The notes beneath the pieces were generated by a model. The model was not told where the DNA came from. It ran no database searches and worked only from the letters and a program-made list of their open reading frames with translations. DNA of 64,000 nt from Octopus vulgaris (taxonomy: Eukaryota), in the NCBI GenBank assembly GCA_951406725.2, contig OX597824.1:58156001-58220000 (forward strand), read 5' to 3'. Shown one piece after another: positions 1 to 13,626 of this stretch (within the stretch, counting starts at the first letter, position 1; each line of letters opens with the position of its first letter). Made by a program: the position numbers and the translations under genes.

Positions 1-216
1 ATATTTATATCGAACGAAGGGTTCCGTCTACCAAATCCACTCAGAAAGATTTGGTCGGCTCAAGCTGGAAGCATGTGTTAGGAAGGAAGCTTTTGACCAA
101 ATATATATAAAGCCCGTCATATATATATATATATATATACATATATGTATATATATATACATGCATACATATATGCATGTATATATACATGTATGTAGTA
201 TATATATTTATATATG

Positions 217-318
<102 letters not shown>

Positions 319-603
319 CATACATACATAAGTTTCTAACCAGTTATTAGAATCTACTAGAAGATTATTGAAGTTAGAATTTAAGGTGATAAATATTAAT
401 AATATGGCCAGTAGTGGAATGTAATTAACTGCGATTCAATGTATATACATAAAAATGAATATTACAGGAAGAAATAACTGGGTGACGGGAATTTACCATT
501 TGCATAGAACATCAGAGAAACAGTCCTCAACCAGAATGCTAATAAATCATACTTATATTTAAAATCTAAATTCAATAACCTTGTATGTTTGTATGAATGT
601 ATG

Positions 604-659
<56 letters not shown>

Positions 660-660
660 T

Positions 661-731
661 AAACTTACTTGGAAATGGATGCGTGGCGTTCAATCAAATA
701 ATAATATAAATTATATATATATATATATAAT

Positions 732-770
<39 letters not shown>

Positions 771-775
771 GAAAT

Positions 776-806
<31 letters not shown>

Positions 807-829
807 GTATGTGTGTGTGTATATATATA

Positions 830-864
<35 letters not shown>

Positions 865-1680
865 GCATATATGGGTACAGGACGTCACCAACAGTAAACA
901 ACATGAAATACGAAAACAAATGAGTTCAATACGCAAACAACGAGAGAAACAAATGGAAAACAGGACAAGTAGCTTAAAGATCGACCCTTCATCAGTTGTC
1001 GACTGTCAACTCCTTTATAGAGGATCAAAGTTGGGAACAAAAACAGGACAGTGGAGACATACAAGGAAATCGAAGGTAAACAAACATCGTGGGTCGTTAG
1101 ACTAGAACGAGTGTAAAATAGCAAAGGCTGGAGAAATATATTCTTTGACAAGAGAAAAGATAGAAGAGAGAGATAGGATACGCCCAGTCCTTAGGACAGC
1201 CCAGAAAGTAAAGAAAGATGATCACTTGCAAAAATAAAGATGGACGATGGTCACGTGTGAGCAGGGAGAGAGAGTAAAGGAGAAAGAGGGAGAGAGAGAG
1301 AGGGAGACATTTAGAAAACGGCGAAGAGGAGGAAAAAAAGGAACTAGAGAAAGGATGAGAGAGGAAGCGTTAGAGGGAAATCATTATAGAGTAGAGTCGC
1401 ATCAAAATTAAGATCAACCTACTTAGAAATGGATGCGTGGCGTTTAATCAAATAATAATGTAAATAATATATGTGTGCATATATATATACACGCATATAT
1501 AGGTACAGGACGTCAGCAACGGTAAACAACAAGAAATACGAAAGAAAATGAGTTCAATACACAAACAACGAAAGAAACAAATGGAAAACAGGACTGGTAA
1601 CATAAAGAACGACCCTTCATCAGTTTCGTCTGTCTATCTACTCCTCATTTCGAGCATACAACACGCATGTATGGATTTTC
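661..1680. repeat. Two direct copies (661-1012, 1416-1680) of an unclassified interspersed repeat; a third at about 25025-25190
   Basis: Shared blocks gaaatggatgcgtggcgtt.aatcaaataataat and ggtacaggacgtca...atgagttcaatac...gacccttcatcag. Confidence 0.75.
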
Positions 1681-1687
1681 TGAAAAA

Positions 1688-1740
<53 letters not shown>

Positions 1741-1749
<9 letters not shown>

Positions 1750-3165
1750 ATCCCTCAAGGTCGAGGATGATGGTCTATGCGCAAATTTACTGGTGAGTCT
1801 GTAGGTGACCGATAAGACCAATTCTTGCTTGAAAAGATCGGTCACAATGCAGACATCTAGTGCCGGAAGGGAGAGTCGCACGTGGTTGTTATTGGCGCTC
1901 CTACGGTCGTCGTCTTTTCTCCTCCAGCTCTGCAGACCTTTTCGACTCGAAAGTCGCCGTTCCCTCATGGATGGTGGTTTTCCAGAGTGGTCTGTTTTTT
2001 GCCGCTTCCTCCCAGTTAGTGAAGTCGATGTCACACTTTTTGAGGTTCGTTTTCAGGGAGTCCTTGTAGCGTTTCTTCTGGCCTCCTTTTGTACGATTGC
2101 CGTCTTTGAGTTGGGAGTAGAAGATCTGTTTGGGAAGTCGTTCGTCAGTCATTCTAACCACGTGGCCGCTTCATCTTAGTTGACCTTTGATGACATAGGC
2201 TTCGATGCTGGTTATTTTTGCTTCTTGTAGCACGCTGACGCTTGTTCTTCTGTCTTCCCAGCTGATGTTAAGGATCTTCCGAAGACAGCGTTGATGAAAT
2301 TTCTCGAGCGTTTTCAGATGGTGACTATACGGGGTCCAGGTTTCGGATGCGTGAAGGGGGGTTGGAATAATGACTGCCCTGTACACCATGATGTCCCGAT
2401 CAGCAAAAACTCTTGTTCGAAGCTTGCCGAAAGCTGTTCCTGCACACTTCAGACGGTGTTGGATTTCATCGCTGAGGTCTACCTTTGCTGACAGATGACT
2501 CCCAAGGTAGCAGAAATGGTTCACATTTTCCAGTGGAATTCCTTCGAGTTGAATCGATGGCGGGTTGTCAACACGAGCATTGGGAGGAGGTTGGTAGAGT
2601 AAGTGAGTCTTCTTGATGTTGATGCTCAGTCCAAGTTTAGTATATGCATGATGAAAATCATTTAGGATCTGTTGGAGATGATCCTCTCTGTAAGTTGCTA
2701 CACTGTTGTCGTCGGCATATTGGAACGCTAGCAAGCTTCGCGCCATTGTCTTTGACGTACTTTTGAGGCGAGCGAGGTTGAAAAGCTTGCCGTCCATTCT
2801 GTATGAGATCTCGATGCCAGGTGGAAGGTCATCTCGTATGATGTGCAACACTGTCGCGATAAAGATGGTAAAGAGAGTTGGCGCTATCACGCAGCCTTGC
2901 TTCACTCCGGAGGTGACTTTAAAGGGCTCAGCACTGCCTCCGTCGGTCTGGACTCTGGCGTGCATATTGTCGTGGAGGAGTTTGAGGATCCGGATGAACT
3001 TATCTGGGCACCCATACTGAGCGAGAATATCCCAGAGGAGCTCTCGTGAGACACGATCAAAGGCTTTGGATAGGTCGATAAAGGCCAAATAGAACGGTTG
3101 GTGTTGCTCACGACATTTTTCTTGTAGCTGTCGCAGCATGAAGATCATGTCGACACAACCGACAT
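1741..3165 (-). mobile_element. 5'-truncated RTE-clade LINE (reverse transcriptase plus C-terminal C2H2-like motif), inactivated by stops
   Basis: One frame: DMIF..LQEKCREQ..AFIDLSKAFD..GVKQGCVIAPTLF..YADD..FCYLGS..QLR*SGHVVRM..RLPKQIFYSQL, ending CLHCDRSFQARIGLIGHLQTHQ* (stop 1787-1789). Premature stops at 2171, 1901 and about 1889. Both ends abut (AT)n. Confidence 0.93.
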
Positions 3166-3350
3166 GATATATATATATATATAGGTACATGTATATCAAA
3201 CTTTTCTTGTGCACAAATTATAAGTATTTCATCATTCCACACGCATACACACAAAGACACATTCTCGGGCACATACATGCACACAAATACCAGGCACACA
3301 ATCACTTGTTTCACATATCTATATATTAATATTGAATTCAAGAATGATTA

Positions 3351-3389
<39 letters not shown>

Positions 3390-3442
3390 GCATTTGTGTG
3401 TGTGTGCGCGTGTGTGTGTGTGTGTGTGCATGTTTACACACA

Positions 3443-3665
3443 CGAGACGGGGACGTTGGAAAGTTCCTGGGTTTGGGTAAAAATACAGGAGGATAAGTTA
3501 ATTATAATTTTATTCAACATATTTTCCTCTGAGATTCACACACCTATTGCAGAGGTCTTTCAGATTTTCCAAGCCCCTGTAAGAGATCTCGGAATGTTGT
3601 ACCTCGAACCAGGCCTTTCACAATTCCCTTAAAGCTTAGAACTTTTAGGGCCCCCCCCCCGAGTA
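3443..3665. mobile_element. Mariner-type MITE, about 220 bp
   Basis: Degenerate TIRs cgag..gggacgttggaaagttcctgggttt and aaagcttagaacttttagggcccccc..g, followed by TA; no coding capacity. Confidence 0.55.
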
Positions 3666-4317
3666 TACAACATTCATTTGTATGTCCTTATATGTATGAC
3701 GAGTTGCTACTCAGATTGATAGATTACTGGCTGTTTAAATTGCAGTTCTGATATAGCTTCCAATGTGGCCCAGTTGTAACCTGGCTTTCACTTCATTGGT
3801 GTCCATCAATGAAGTGAAATTACTGTGTTGGTTAGATTCATTTGGGGAAATCAGCTGTTCGCAAAACATTCTTGACTTTGTCTTGTTGCGAAAACACACA
3901 AGAACCCCACTCCCAGCCACCCACCTACGTCACTACAACACACGCATACACAAACATGCGTGCACCGCCACTATGTGCGTGCCTCTCTGTGTGTATGTAT
4001 GTGTGTGTCTGTGTGTGTTTGTGTGTCTGCGTGTGTGTGTGTGTTTGTGTGTGTGTATGTGTTTGTGTGTGTGTGTGTGTCTGATATAAAGATATAGACA
4101 GAACAATATTGTGTCTGAAAACGCCTTGTGTGGTCTGGGGTAGAATTTTACTAAATATTTGAAATTATCTTGATTATATATATATATATATGTATAAATA
4201 TAACACATACACACATCCTTACGTATGCACACATATATATATATATTTGTGTGTGTATGCATCTATATGGTTACATACATGTATACATATATATATATGT
4301 ATCTAACTCTCTCTCTC

Positions 4318-4369
<52 letters not shown>

Positions 4370-4470
4370 TATCTATATATACATACACATTTACGCACAT
4401 GTATATATGTGTACACATATATACTGACACACATAATGATATACGTACATACATATATATGTATGTTTTT

Positions 4471-4728
4471 CTTTTTTATTCTTTTACTTGTTTCAGTCAT
4501 TTGACTGCGGCCATACTGGAGCACCGCCTTTAGTCGAGCAAATCGACCCCAGGACTTATTCTTTGTAAGCCTAGTTCCTATTCTACACACACACACACAT
4601 ACATATTATACGACGGGCTTCTTTCAGTTTCCGTCTACAAAATCCACTCACAATCTTTGGTCGGCCCAAGGTGCCACGCAGTGGGACTGAACCCGGAACC
4701 ATGTGGTAGGTAAGCAAGCTACTTACTT
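4471..4728 (-). mobile_element. SINE family A copy (tRNA-like head, internal microsatellite, LINE-like 3' tail)
   Basis: Minus strand: head ggttccgggttcagtccc (B-box-like), accttggg core, ...gaagcccgtcgta, short (GT)n, and tail ggcggtgctccagtatggccgcagtcaaatgactgaaacaagtaaaagaa. Recurs elsewhere in the window. Confidence 0.8.
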
Positions 4729-4880
4729 TCGGCCTCGCACGCCCGTGCTCTTTCCAAAACTTACACCATAACACCCGCAAGAGTTTCAGACCGCACTTCT
4801 CTGATTTCTCTATTGATGTTCTCCTTCAGTTGCACTAGGCTCTCCGGTTTGTTGACGCAAACACTCTCTTTCAGGTATCC
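4729..4880 (-). mobile_element. C-terminal part of the same DD41D transposase, inverted
   Basis: Minus strand reads GYLKESVCVNKPESLVQLKENINREIREVRSETLAGVMV*VLERARACEAE, the expected continuation after WGYLK. Confidence 0.75.
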
Positions 4881-5098
4881 TTGATTGAGACCGTTTTATA
4901 CCCGGCCATTCAAAGTAGACCCCACACATGGTACTTGCAAGATGGAGCAACTGCTCATACCGCAAGAGAAACAATGCAGTTGCTATAGCGGTACTTTGGA
5001 GAGAGAATAATCTCCCGCTACGGCAATGTCAGCTGGCCTTCACGTTCCCCAGACTTGACTAGCCCGGATTTTTCCTTGTGGGGATACCTGAAAGAGAG
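4881..5098 (+). mobile_element. DD41D (rosa/Visitor-type) Tc1/mariner transposase fragment, catalytic part
   Basis: WYLQDGATAHTARETMQLL*RYFGERIISRYGNVSWPSRSPDLTSPDFSLWGYLKER; 41 residues separate the second and third catalytic Asp. Confidence 0.82.
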
Positions 5099-5215
5099 AA
5101 TAAGTGCTAGGCTTACAACGAATACGTCCTGGGGTCGATTTGCTCGACTAAAGGCGGTGCTCCAGTATGGCCGCATTCAAATGACTGAAACAAGTAAAAG
5201 AATAAAAAGAATAAA
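5099..5215 (+). mobile_element. SINE family A 3' tail, inverted relative to 4471-4584
   Basis: Near-exact reverse complement of 4471-4584. Confidence 0.8.
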
Positions 5216-6182
5216 TCAAGTACCGGTGAAACATTGGGAGCGCTATAATCGATTAGTTCCCTCCCATAAATTTTAAGGCTTTGTCCTCTTAGTAGAAAGG
5301 ATTATTATTATTACTATTGATCCGTAAACTGCTGTTATTGGTGTGTCCTATTGAGGACAGTGGAATGAAAATGAGGGAGATTCTTGTTGTTGTTTCAGCA
5401 CAAAATATTGAAGGTAACGCACAATGACATTAACTCTTTCATATTATCTCCATCAGAGTATTTTAACAATGTTTTGGTTTGGACATTTAAAGGCTAGATA
5501 CGTGTTTCGCTGTCAAACTGGTATGAGAGGTAGGGTGTAGAGGAACTTAAGGATTTGGAGCTTACAACTGTGTGTACATGAATGTGTGAATGAATGCATT
5601 TTTATGCTGTGCGTTCACGTATGCATATGGGTGTTTCTGAAGAAGCCGCTGCACGACGTGGAAATTCTAGAGTGATAGGCCACTGGATCGGATTGAATAT
5701 ACTACTTCACTCTACGTTCGTACTGAGTACTTCTTCCCAGGAATGCTTACAGACACAAGCATGCACTCATACGTACACTCACACGCTCACGCACATGCAC
5801 GAAACACCTTTGGTTTGCTTAATAAGCTCTAAATTGTGTCTAAAGTTCTACACCACCCCTACATACGCGCGTCCACACATACACAAACGTATGATAGTAG
5901 AAAATTTGCAGTTGAATATAAGTTTTAAACAAATGGTATCTCGAGAGCTATAAAAAAATTGCCATCAGTGTTAATGAGAGTTACACCCAGAAAGATGAAG
6001 GGAGAAAACTCCTGAGGTTTTAGTCGACTGGTGATATAAGGTGGACTGGTAGAGGAGGCTTTATGAGACTGTTGTCTGATAACTATAATAAAATAAGTAC
6101 CACTGGAGAACTGGGGTCGATATAAACGACTTAATCCTTCTATATTATTATTAATGTTGTTATTATTATTATTATTATTATT

Positions 6183-6287
<105 letters not shown>

Positions 6288-6722
6288 ACGTTGAGCTGAC
6301 AGAATCATTAGCATGCCGGACAAAATACTTAACAGTATTTCGTCCGTGTTTACGTTCAGCGTTGAAATTCCGCCAAGGTCGGCTTTGTGGGTTGATGAAT
6401 TAAGTACCATTTGAGCACCAGGATTGATGTAATCGACCAGTCCCCTCTCAGAAACGTTCAGGCCTTGTGCCTATGGTGGAATAGATTATTATTATTTCTA
6501 TTGGGGCGGCGAACTGGCAGAATAATTATCGCACCCGACTTATTCTTAGCAGCATTTCTCACGCTTCTTTACGTTCTGAATTCAAATGCCGCCAATAACG
6601 ACTTTGCATTTCATCGTTTTGAGATCGATGAAATCAGTACCTGTCAAGTTCTGGGTTTGAAGTGATTGATTTAATCCATCCTCCACAAAATTTTTGGTCT
6701 TATTCCAAAATTTGAAGCAATT
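6288..6722 (+). mobile_element. Two tandem SINE family B copies (a 3' fragment also at about 5215-5305)
   Basis: Two heads (gagctgacagaatcattagc at about 6293; ggcggcgaactggcagaat at about 6505), each followed by the family B body. Confidence 0.72.
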
Positions 6723-6744
6723 GTTTTTGTTGTTATAAGAATGT

Positions 6745-7060
6745 CAAAATAATTCCCTGATTAGTCAAATTAAAATAATGACATTAGACAATAAAGGAAA
6801 GAGAGCGGAAGGAGAGAGTGAGTATGTGTGTGTCATATTTTCTCAAAGTTAGTAGAAATAGCCATTATTACAGTAGAGATTAACTTGTAATTATTATGTG
6901 TCGTCAATTATAAGCTGGTTGTGACGTCATCACATGGTATTATATAATTGACCAATCACTAACCACATGTAATCTGTGATAGATATTTTTCGTTATCATT
7001 TACCGTTCAATACGATATTTAGCAGTTCAATTGCTAAGTGGTCTTTCAACCTCTCCGTCC
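6745..7060. promoter_or_regulatory. Candidate cis-regulatory island
   Basis: Non-repetitive stretch with TGACGTCA (6922-6929), CACATG (6931-6936), TATATAA (6941-6947), CCAAT (6952-6956) and many TAAT/ATTA cores. Motif evidence only. Confidence 0.3.
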
Positions 7061-7374
7061 ACACACACACACACACCGACACCACCGCCGCCAAATATAA
7101 CAATGTGTGTACCTTTCCATCAATATTTGAAATAATAATTATTATTAATATTATTGTTATTATTATTATTATTATTGTTTTCTGTGGTTGATATAATCTT
7201 ATCATTATCACCATCATCGTGTGTGTGTGTGTGTGCATACAAGTACATATCTATCATGCTCTTGAGGGGGCCTGTGAAACGTGCATAAGCACAGAACCGA
7301 ATCAAACTTTGAATTAATACATTGAACTCCTACTAATTGTGTTAAATGCCTTTTTCCTTTGTCCATTCACTCGT

Positions 7375-7538
<164 letters not shown>

Positions 7539-7963
7539 GTATATATGTATGTATGCACCTTTTTTTTAACATATAGTGAATATATGTATGTTGCAAGTTG
7601 TAGGCCACTTAGCTGATATTTTAGCTTTGCACATACATCTAAAGTTTCATGGACTTCGTCTTATGTTATGTACCTTTTCATTACATCTCTCTATAATTTG
7701 GCCACAGACACAGGTGAATATTAGTGACTAGAATTATAATTGTCTTACGATAATTATTTAAATTAGTATAGAATAATCATGTAAATTAGTAGGAAATTTG
7801 TAAAGTAATAGTACAGAATTTTAAAAAAAAATTAAGAAAATAACCCCGTTCCAAATTATATAAACAAATATATATACATACATACATACATATGTAAATA
7901 AAAAACATAAAAGATATACATATATATATATATATAATTGCATATATATATGTATATACGTGC

Positions 7964-8020
<57 letters not shown>

Positions 8021-8023
<3 letters not shown>

Positions 8024-8076
8024 GGCCACAGGTCATTAGCTGAAACTGGAAAAATCAAAATCAAAAAAAATCAAAA
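8021..8076 (+). mobile_element. Extreme 3' tail fragment of a CR1-like LINE or partner SINE
   Basis: catggccacaggtcattagctgaaactggaaaaatcaaaa aligns with the LINE 3' end catggccacagctcgtgagctgaaactagataaaa (40172-40206). Confidence 0.6.
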
Positions 8077-8079
8077 TCA

Positions 8080-8134
<55 letters not shown>

Positions 8135-8427
8135 GTATTGTAAGGTTTGGAGATGATGTACATGTATTTTATATTTGAAGAAATGAGGTACTCAGAAAAT
8201 CGGATGGTTTATATTTACAGATATTTATTTGTATATTATATCTTTTATACATCATATAACTTAGATCATGTATTAGCGCTTTCTCCCATTCTAGTGGGGT
8301 TTTCAAATCAAACTAAAGTTCCTGTGTGAAAAGTTTTGACCATTTTATAGTGGTATTGAGTTTGTAGTGGTGGAGAGAAATATAAGACAGTATGTATCTG
8401 TATATATATATGTGTGTATATATATGC

Positions 8428-8483
<56 letters not shown>

Positions 8484-8523
8484 GTATATATATATATGTA
8501 TATATATGTATATGTATCTATAC

Positions 8524-8562
<39 letters not shown>

Positions 8563-8620
8563 TATATATATATATGTATATATATATGTATATATATGTA
8601 TATGTATCTATACGTATATA

Positions 8621-8679
<59 letters not shown>

Positions 8680-8872
8680 TAGTGTGTGTGTGTGTGTGTA
8701 TCCATTTCCAAGTAAATATATATGTGTGTGTGTGTGTGTGTGCATCATGTCTATATACGTATATATATATTTATGCACACATATTTGTACATATGTTTAT
8801 ATCTGCGTATACAGATATATATGTGCGTATATAAATTTATACGTATTCACTCACTCACACATACATGCATAT

Positions 8873-8926
<54 letters not shown>

Positions 8927-9741
8927 GCATGTATGTATATATATATAAACGGAAACCAAAAGAAACCCGTCGTATATATATATATATATATATATATATG
9001 TGGGTGTGTGTGTTAGTCGGCAATTATTATACATATATATATATATATATATTTAATCTTTTATCATTCACTTGTTTTTTCCATTAGATTATAGGCAAGC
9101 TGGAGAATTTTAGTCGAACAGTCCATATTTTGTAAAACATGGAACTGGTTGTAACTGGTAGTAACGATCTCTTTTCCACCCGAGGACGTAAAAATTGCAA
9201 CAGCGATTTTCATGCGGTCGTTGATGGGTAAACACACGCAAACAAATACACAGTGGGACTGAAACCGGAACTATGTATTTAGGAAGCAAAGAACACGTAT
9301 CTGTTTATGTGTGTGTGTGTGTGTATGTATAAATGAGCTATATTATGCGCCTATACAACATTATACATGTATATACAGACTTGTATACACACACATTCCT
9401 ACGGCACGTTCTGTCCAAACTTTGATACTTGGTTCTCATACATTATATTACACAACGCTGCGCTAGCAGAAGTAGCAGCCCTTTAGCCGCGATAAGTAGT
9501 AGTGGTAGTAGTAGTAGTAGTAGTAGTAGTAGCAGCAGTAGTAGCAGTAGTAGCGGCAGCAGCAGCAGTAACAAAGGTGGTGGCAGTAGCAGCAGTCGGT
9601 GTAGCCATCAGTATTATATAGCAGCAGCTCGTTAAGTCAACGGATCCAACACACAGACACAAGTTTATACCAATACCCGCTGTATCATCTGTGCTGTGCG
9701 TGTGTGTACCTATGTAAGCGTCTCTCGCCTTTATTGCACTG

Positions 9742-9823
<82 letters not shown>

Positions 9824-9889
9824 CATATAATATACGTATGCGTTTCATATATATATGAACCGGATCATCCTCGCAATTTCGGCTGATTA

Positions 9890-10025
<136 letters not shown>

Positions 10026-10055
10026 ATCTATATATACATGTAATATACGTATGCG

Positions 10056-10094
<39 letters not shown>

Positions 10095-10264
10095 GTGTGT
10101 GTGTGTTTATATATATAACATATGTGTGTAGATATTTTCTGTATATATAGATATCATATAGATATACATATTTAACGCTATATCATTTGTATGATGTGAG
10201 AAATATTCCAACTGCATTTCCCAAATGATGCTGATAATAACTTTAAAATTCACCCAGGGCTTGA

Positions 10265-10480
10265 ACCCCGTGCCATCCATCTGCTACCGAAACCATGCTC
10301 GCGTCACATCAAAACACTAAGAGAAAATATTTCATCTCTACTTTCTTTCAAGTCATGCAAAGACGCACAATAAAAGAAAAAGAACTTATAACATTCAAAC
10401 GGTTCTTGGATGAATATCTCCAACAAATTCCAGATGAACCACCTACATCCGGATATATCTTTGCAAACATTACTGAAATG
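10265..10480 (+). mobile_element. Old CR1-like LINE C-terminal remnant
   Basis: Translates FKRFLDEYLQQIPDEPPTSGY, matching the C-terminal motif FKIKVDLFLSGVPDEP of the 38-40 kb element. Confidence 0.65.
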
Positions 10481-10509
10481 CGCTATGGTGTCGGAAGAAA
10501 AACTGTATT

Positions 10510-10594
<85 letters not shown>

Positions 10595-10611
10595 ACTGTT
10601 TTGTTTTTTAC

Positions 10612-10822
10612 TTTCTACCTTTTAGTTGTTCCAGTCATAAGTCTGCACCGCAATGAAGAATTTTTTAGTCGAATGAATTGATCCCAGTACTTTTTTCTTA
10701 AGCTTGGTACTTCTATCGGTTGTTTTTGGGAAACATGCTAAGTTACATGAACGTAAACACACCAACATTGGTTGTTAAGCGGTGGTGGGGGACAAACACA
10801 GACACACACATGTATATATAAG

Positions 10823-10879
<57 letters not shown>

Positions 10880-10961
10880 TATGTAGTATATATGTACATA
10901 TGTAGTATATATATGTATGTATGGATATATATGTTTGTATATATGTATGGATTTATATGTA

Positions 10962-11002
<41 letters not shown>

Positions 11003-11140
11003 TTATGTGCATATATATATATATGCATATATGATGGGCTTCTTCTAGTTTCCACCTACCATATCCACACTCACGAAGCTTTGGTCTGCTCGAAGCCACA
11101 GTAGAAGACACTTGCCCAAGTTGTCACACAGTAGGACTGG
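10612..11140 (-). mobile_element. SINE family A copy with an expanded internal (AT)n-rich tract
   Basis: Tail at about 10612-10800, microsatellite at about 10800-11030, head/core at 11030-11140 (agaagacacttgcccaag). Confidence 0.7.
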
Positions 11141-11783
11141 CGAAATATTTCTACTTCGAGTTCAACCCTTAAACACGATTTATTATACGTACACATGCAT
11201 AGAGAGAGAGAGAGAGAGAGAGAGAGTGAGAGAGAGAGAGGGGTACAGATTGAGAGAAAGAATGATACTCACGCACACATATGTATGTATATGAGTATGT
11301 ATATATCACTCTGTATACACACACATACACATATGCAAATGTACATTCATAAATTTATAAATGCATACATGCCTAATTGTGTGTGTGTTTGCGCGCGTGC
11401 GTGTGTGTGTGTTTTAAATAGAAGTGGGTTTCTTTAATATACAATACTCAATAGTTTTGGTCGGCGAATCTTCACAAATATTTACACACATGTTTATATA
11501 GTCGTAGTAAAGTCTGTAATGAGATACTCGGCGTAGAGCCGTCTTAAAGGCATTCAGCCAAAGTAATGCAATACACTGAGGCCTATAGTATTTATTTATT
11601 GACAGCACTACACATGGATTAGCACTGGGTCCTCTAGACGCCAGTGATTCCCAAATTTTAAAACAGTACTGACTCGGAGTATCCGTTTCTGGAGATTCAG
11701 CTTCCAATAAATCATCTCACACAACTTTTAGGATCAGGTATTTCTTCCTTAACGTCACCTACACTTACTTAGTCATACACACG

Positions 11784-11840
<57 letters not shown>

Positions 11841-12542
11841 GCGCGGGCACAAACATGGACACAGAGCATTCCTACTAACTAAATCCTAGGCACACACAAA
11901 CGCACATTCATATCTGTGTACAAATCCCTATAAATATATTGTTTCGTGTACGTGTTTGTGTGTATGTGCATGTATGTCTGAGAATATGTTATTCTATGTA
12001 TAACGGTGAGTGTATACGTTTTTCGGTTTGTATTCGTACATATGCTGCAGTAGGCATGGCGGAATGGTTAAATAGTTTATTTTCCAAACTTCGGGTCTGG
12101 GGTTCGTTTCTGCTTTCTGTTATATATTTCTTTATCCTTACTGTAGTCTACAGTGAACCGAAAACTCGTCAGTGGAATTCTGGAGAATTTCACTCGATGC
12201 GTTTGATAAATCTGACTGAAGGGTGCAATATGGGTATATGAGTATATTTATGTGTCTGTGTCTGTCTGTTGCCGTGTATGTGTGTGTGTGTGCGCGTGTG
12301 TATGTCTATATGCGCGTGTCCTTGAATGCGTCTATCCGCCTGCATGTGTGTACGTGTGTATGCTTGTGTGCGTGTACATGTGTGGCGGGTGCAGGCGTTC
12401 AATACTCCACCACACCCGCAGCATGATGTGCTCATGAATTTGATTATAGCGAAACGCTTTTCACTTCTTATGCAGAAGAGCTGTTTCTACACATATACAC
12501 AAGGGTGGCGGTGCATTTGCTCAGGCCTCTCATGTAACAGAA

Positions 12543-12573
<31 letters not shown>

Positions 12574-12735
12574 TGTATGTATGTATGTATGTATGTATGT
12601 ATGTATGTATGTATGTATGCATGCATGCATGTATATATGTATTTATGCGTGCGTATGTGTGTGTGTATGGATCATAATTTTCTACGTGTGTGTTAGTGTG
12701 TGCGTGCACATGTGAATGTACTAATCATATACAAC

Positions 12736-12784
<49 letters not shown>

Positions 12785-13507
12785 TTGATGCTACATGCGA
12801 TTGAATATATATGTATATACATATGTGTATTGTGTTTGCATATGTGCGTGTGTCTGTGTGCGCGTATATTTGTACTTATATGTATACATGTGTGTATATT
12901 CATATCTACATGTATGCATGTTTGTAGATATACATATATACTTCGTTTTTGTCTTTAGTTTGCAAGATGATACGAAATCGTGTGTTGGTATAATACTGAC
13001 CCCTCCAGACACAAGATATACACACACACATCACTCAAACAGACACACACACAAACACACAAACACACGCATACATGTATCTCTCTATGTATGTGTATAT
13101 GTATGTATGTATCTAATTCACACACACATACATCATAAGCCTACCATAAAGAGAACATCGAATCCTACACTTTTAATGCCGCAAATTTTCTGATATATCC
13201 TTATATGTAATAATCAATTAAAAGCTGTCATCTATAATATCGTATTGAACCTTAGTATAATATGAAGCTGCAGGAGAAACAAGAAATCTAGTCTCGTAGC
13301 AAACCCCTAAATCGCTAATACCTCACAAGTTGTTACAATTATTACAATGACGAACACACACAAGACCGAACCACCAAGGGGATATCATACAAACTCGTTC
13401 ATAATCATCATAATAATCATAAACGGAAGTGACATAGACATCCCATCATCGACTACTCTATTGGTAATCGTTATGGTTTCGACACATAAAAGAACAGGAT
13501 ATGATAT

Positions 13508-13626
<119 letters not shown>

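Noticed and set aside
9429-9720. Ser-rich ORF with a following gtaagc as the upstream Six1/2 exon
   Set aside because: Built from (AGT/AGC)n repeats; the ORF stops before the donor-like site and nothing links it to 21067.
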